Shown here: positions 25,603-27,630 of the stretch, piece after piece
Layout of the letters: the number at the start of each line of letters is the position of its first letter
Position numbering within the stretch: the first letter of the stretch is position 1
Assembly (NCBI GenBank): GCA_049969675.1
Contig: JBMFOP010000038.1
Location: 1-27,630, forward strand
Length of the DNA: 27,630 nt
Reading direction: 5' to 3'
DNA from: Myxococcota bacterium
GTDB lineage: Bacteria; Myxococcota; SpSt-1050
Made by a program: the position numbers and the translations under genes
The notes under the pieces: model-generated
The model's database searches: none
What the model was told of the DNA's origin: nothing
What the model saw: the letters and a program-made list of their open reading frames with translations, nothing else

Positions 25603-27630
25603 TTACTTACATCCATAATCTTTCTTATCTAAATACCTTGATGTATCTGAATAATCCTCATTATCCGCCGAGCATACCTTCCAGTTGTTCTCATTTATGG
25701 TGGCAAGACATTCATAATCTGTAGCATACTTATCACCGCCTAATTCTTCTAACTTACTACATAATGTCTCGTTACAGCTACATTTTTTATGTGGGTCCAA
25801 TCCAGCCTCTGTCTCATAATTATCCGGAACCCAGTCATCATCTGTATCCTGATTTTCGTCATATCCATTGGGCCACCAGAAAAGATAGTGGTCTTTGTGA
25901 AACTTCTCGTGTAAACACACCTCTGCAAATGTATCTATCCCACTACTGCCAGTATACTCATTATATGAATGACTACCTCTGCAAAAATAGAAAATATTAT
26001 CCCCAGGGTTATAAAAGCCCATCGCTATAGTTGATTCGCCTGAAGAACAACCTGCTTGATATCTATGATTCCCCGGGTCGCAGTCTGCCTTTGTATTTCT
26101 CCAATAATAATAAAAGTTAGGAGTATCATCTGGTTCGTTTCCCATAAATTCCTGATGATTCCAGCTGAGCCCCTCTACCCCGGGACCCTCTATTGGAAAA
26201 TATGTAGTGATAACAAATGGTGATGTAGCCGATATAATTTCATTGTTCCCACTACTACCTAATTTGCCACACAATACCAGATTTATTACCTTCCTCCCTA
26301 TGCTATCTTCATAATACTTCGGTCTCTTCGGACTTACCCAATTTGATGGTAGCCCAATTATCCTCAAACCCTGCCTAATGCCTCTTCCGTAAATATATGG
26401 GCTCTCTATTCCACCATATATACTTCCTATACCATTAACAAAACAGTATGGATCTGTTGTTGTTGTATAACCCTCTGTCCACTCTATTTTGTAAGGAGAC
26501 CTTAATTTCGGAGAATAAGGGGTATAAACCCATATAAGGTCGTTTTCTATTATCCCGTCTATTACCATATCTCCAGTCTTATCTACCTCATACTTCACCA
26601 CTCTAACAGAATAATAATTAGTTGTGTCAATTATATCATCATACACATATGGCGCTGAACCAGATGGATAGATAAAATTTGTATCTTCCTTGATTCTTTC
26701 AGGCAGTCTTATCTTAAATGGTATGAATGTTATATAAAATCTATATTTATATCCCTCTTGGACATTCTCGCTCTCTTCCTTATACTCATAATCCTTCTGA
26801 ATTACAAATTCATTTGCAGATAAGTATCTCATTCTCGGTATTGTTATATCCTCCACTTCGATATCAAATCCCAGTGGTTCTTTTACACGAGCACTTCCTA
26901 CCTCATATATTTCGCCATCTGAGCTAAGAGTCAATTTTATATGTGCATCTCCAACTGGATCAAAATTTGCTCCTGATACTATCCCAAGATTTATTAACTC
27001 CTTACTTATCTGCTTTGGCTGTGGTGTATTACAGTTACTACCTATGTCTACCCTGTATTCCCTTTTACCCTTATACTCTATATCATCTGACAATAGAGTA
27101 TATTCTCCTCTTGTCCTCAATTCCTTCTCCAGAAAAATCAATGCTGGATTCCCAACAAAATCAATTGTCCTGAATACAAAGGCATCTCTAATTGTCCCCT
27201 CTGTATGGTCAAACATATATTTGGGCATGCAATTATCTGGTTTAGAGTTAGTTACCACTCCATCTACTATAAAATTTACTCTGACAAAATATGAAAATAT
27301 TAAATAGCCAGTCCTTACTGCGTCATATAGACCATCCTCCCCTCTCTGAGGCTCTGATGTAATCTTACACATCATCTGCTGTTCCTGTCTGATTACTGGA
27401 ATAAATGAACTCTCCAATGTCCCACCCAGCTCAGTGCAATCGTCAATCCCATTATCATTTGAATCTCTCTTCTTTGGCGATGTCCCCCACTTATTTGCCT
27501 CATCCCCATCACTTATCCCATCACCATCGGTATCCCATTTGTTCGGGTCTGTACCCCAGAGTATCTCCATCTTATCTTCCAGCCCATCTCCATCTGTATC
27601 CCTCTTTGATGGAGATGTGTGATACTTCTT
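25603..27630 (-). CDS. Large protein (5'-truncated by window) with TSP3-like Ca-binding repeats and a C-terminal HExxH zincin-like domain
   Basis: Frame stays open from 27570 to the window edge (KKYHTSPSKRDTDGDGLEDK-MEIL...), so the track's Met is internal; DxDGDG repeats; VCLHEKFH at the C-terminus. Confidence 0.8.
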   Translation of the reverse strand, partial: KKYHTSPSKRDTDGDGLEDKMEILWGTDPNKWDTDGDGISDGDEANKWGTSPKKRDSNDNGIDDCTELGGTLESSFIPVIRQEQQMMCKITSEPQRGEDGLYDAVRTGYLIFSYFVRVNFIVDGVVTNSKPDNCMPKYMFDHTEGTIRDAFVFRTIDFVGNPALIFLEKELRTRGEYTLLSDDIEYKGKREYRVDIGSNCNTPQPKQISKELINLGIVSGANFDPVGDAHIKLTLSSDGEIYEVGSARVKEPLGFDIEVEDITIPRMRYLSANEFVIQKDYEYKEESENVQEGYKYRFYITFIPFKIRLPERIKEDTNFIYPSGSAPYVYDDIIDTTNYYSVRVVKYEVDKTGDMVIDGIIENDLIWVYTPYSPKLRSPYKIEWTEGYTTTTDPYCFVNGIGSIYGGIESPYIYGRGIRQGLRIIGLPSNWVSPKRPKYYEDSIGRKVINLVLCGKLGSSGNNEIISATSPFVITTYFPIEGPGVEGLSWNHQEFMGNEPDDTPNFYYYWRNTKADCDPGNHRYQAGCSSGESTIAMGFYNPGDNIFYFCRGSHSYNEYTGSSGIDTFAEVCLHEKFHKDHYLFWWPNGYDENQDTDDDWVPDNYETEAGLDPHKKCSCNETLCSKLEELGGDKYATDYECLATINENNWKVCSADNEDYSDTSRYLDKKDYGCK
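27430..27630 (-). repeat. Three TSP3-like (DTDGDG.D..E) repeats, probably continuing beyond the window
   Basis: TSPSKRDTDGDGLEDKME / GTDPNKWDTDGDGISDGDE / GTSPKKRDSNDNGIDDCTE. Confidence 0.8.

Noticed and set aside
27568..27570. ATG 27570 as the start of the last gene
   Set aside because: The frame remains open to the window edge and this Met lies inside a TSP3-like repeat.

Overview
Bacterial chromosomal window, AT-rich overall (roughly 35-40% GC by eye) with strong GGAGG Shine-Dalgarno use. Asp-rich 'DAG/DI' linkers, a GCGC C-terminal tail and a split purH suggest a deltaproteobacterial/Myxococcota-like organism (inference only). Left part (+): purH split into two genes, a very low-GC membrane ORF with a truncated FMN-binding-like domain, a class V PLP enzyme lacking the desulfurase Cys, a short Thermotoga-type metH, a CDF metal transporter, a small membrane protein and a GH13 amylase lipoprotein. 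Middle (-): smc, a DUF362-type Fe-S protein and a UPF0104/LPG-synthase-TM flippase-like protein. Right (+): a PHA-region small protein, a hypothetical protein, an alpha/beta-hydrolase lipoprotein, a 1212-aa surface protein (propeller-like repeats plus five ASH/choice-of-anchor-D Ig domains ending in GCGCSIVE) and an ArnT/GT-C glycosyltransferase. Far right (-): the 3' part of a large TSP3-repeat protein with a C-terminal HExxH zincin-like domain, a secreted HEAT-like partner and small coupled ORF remnants, resembling a toxin/effector-immunity cassette. No rRNA, tRNA, CRISPR array or transposase was recognised. The best candidates for something undescribed are the zincin/HEAT cassette and the TM-less GCGC tail next to a GT-C enzyme; both are hypotheses.
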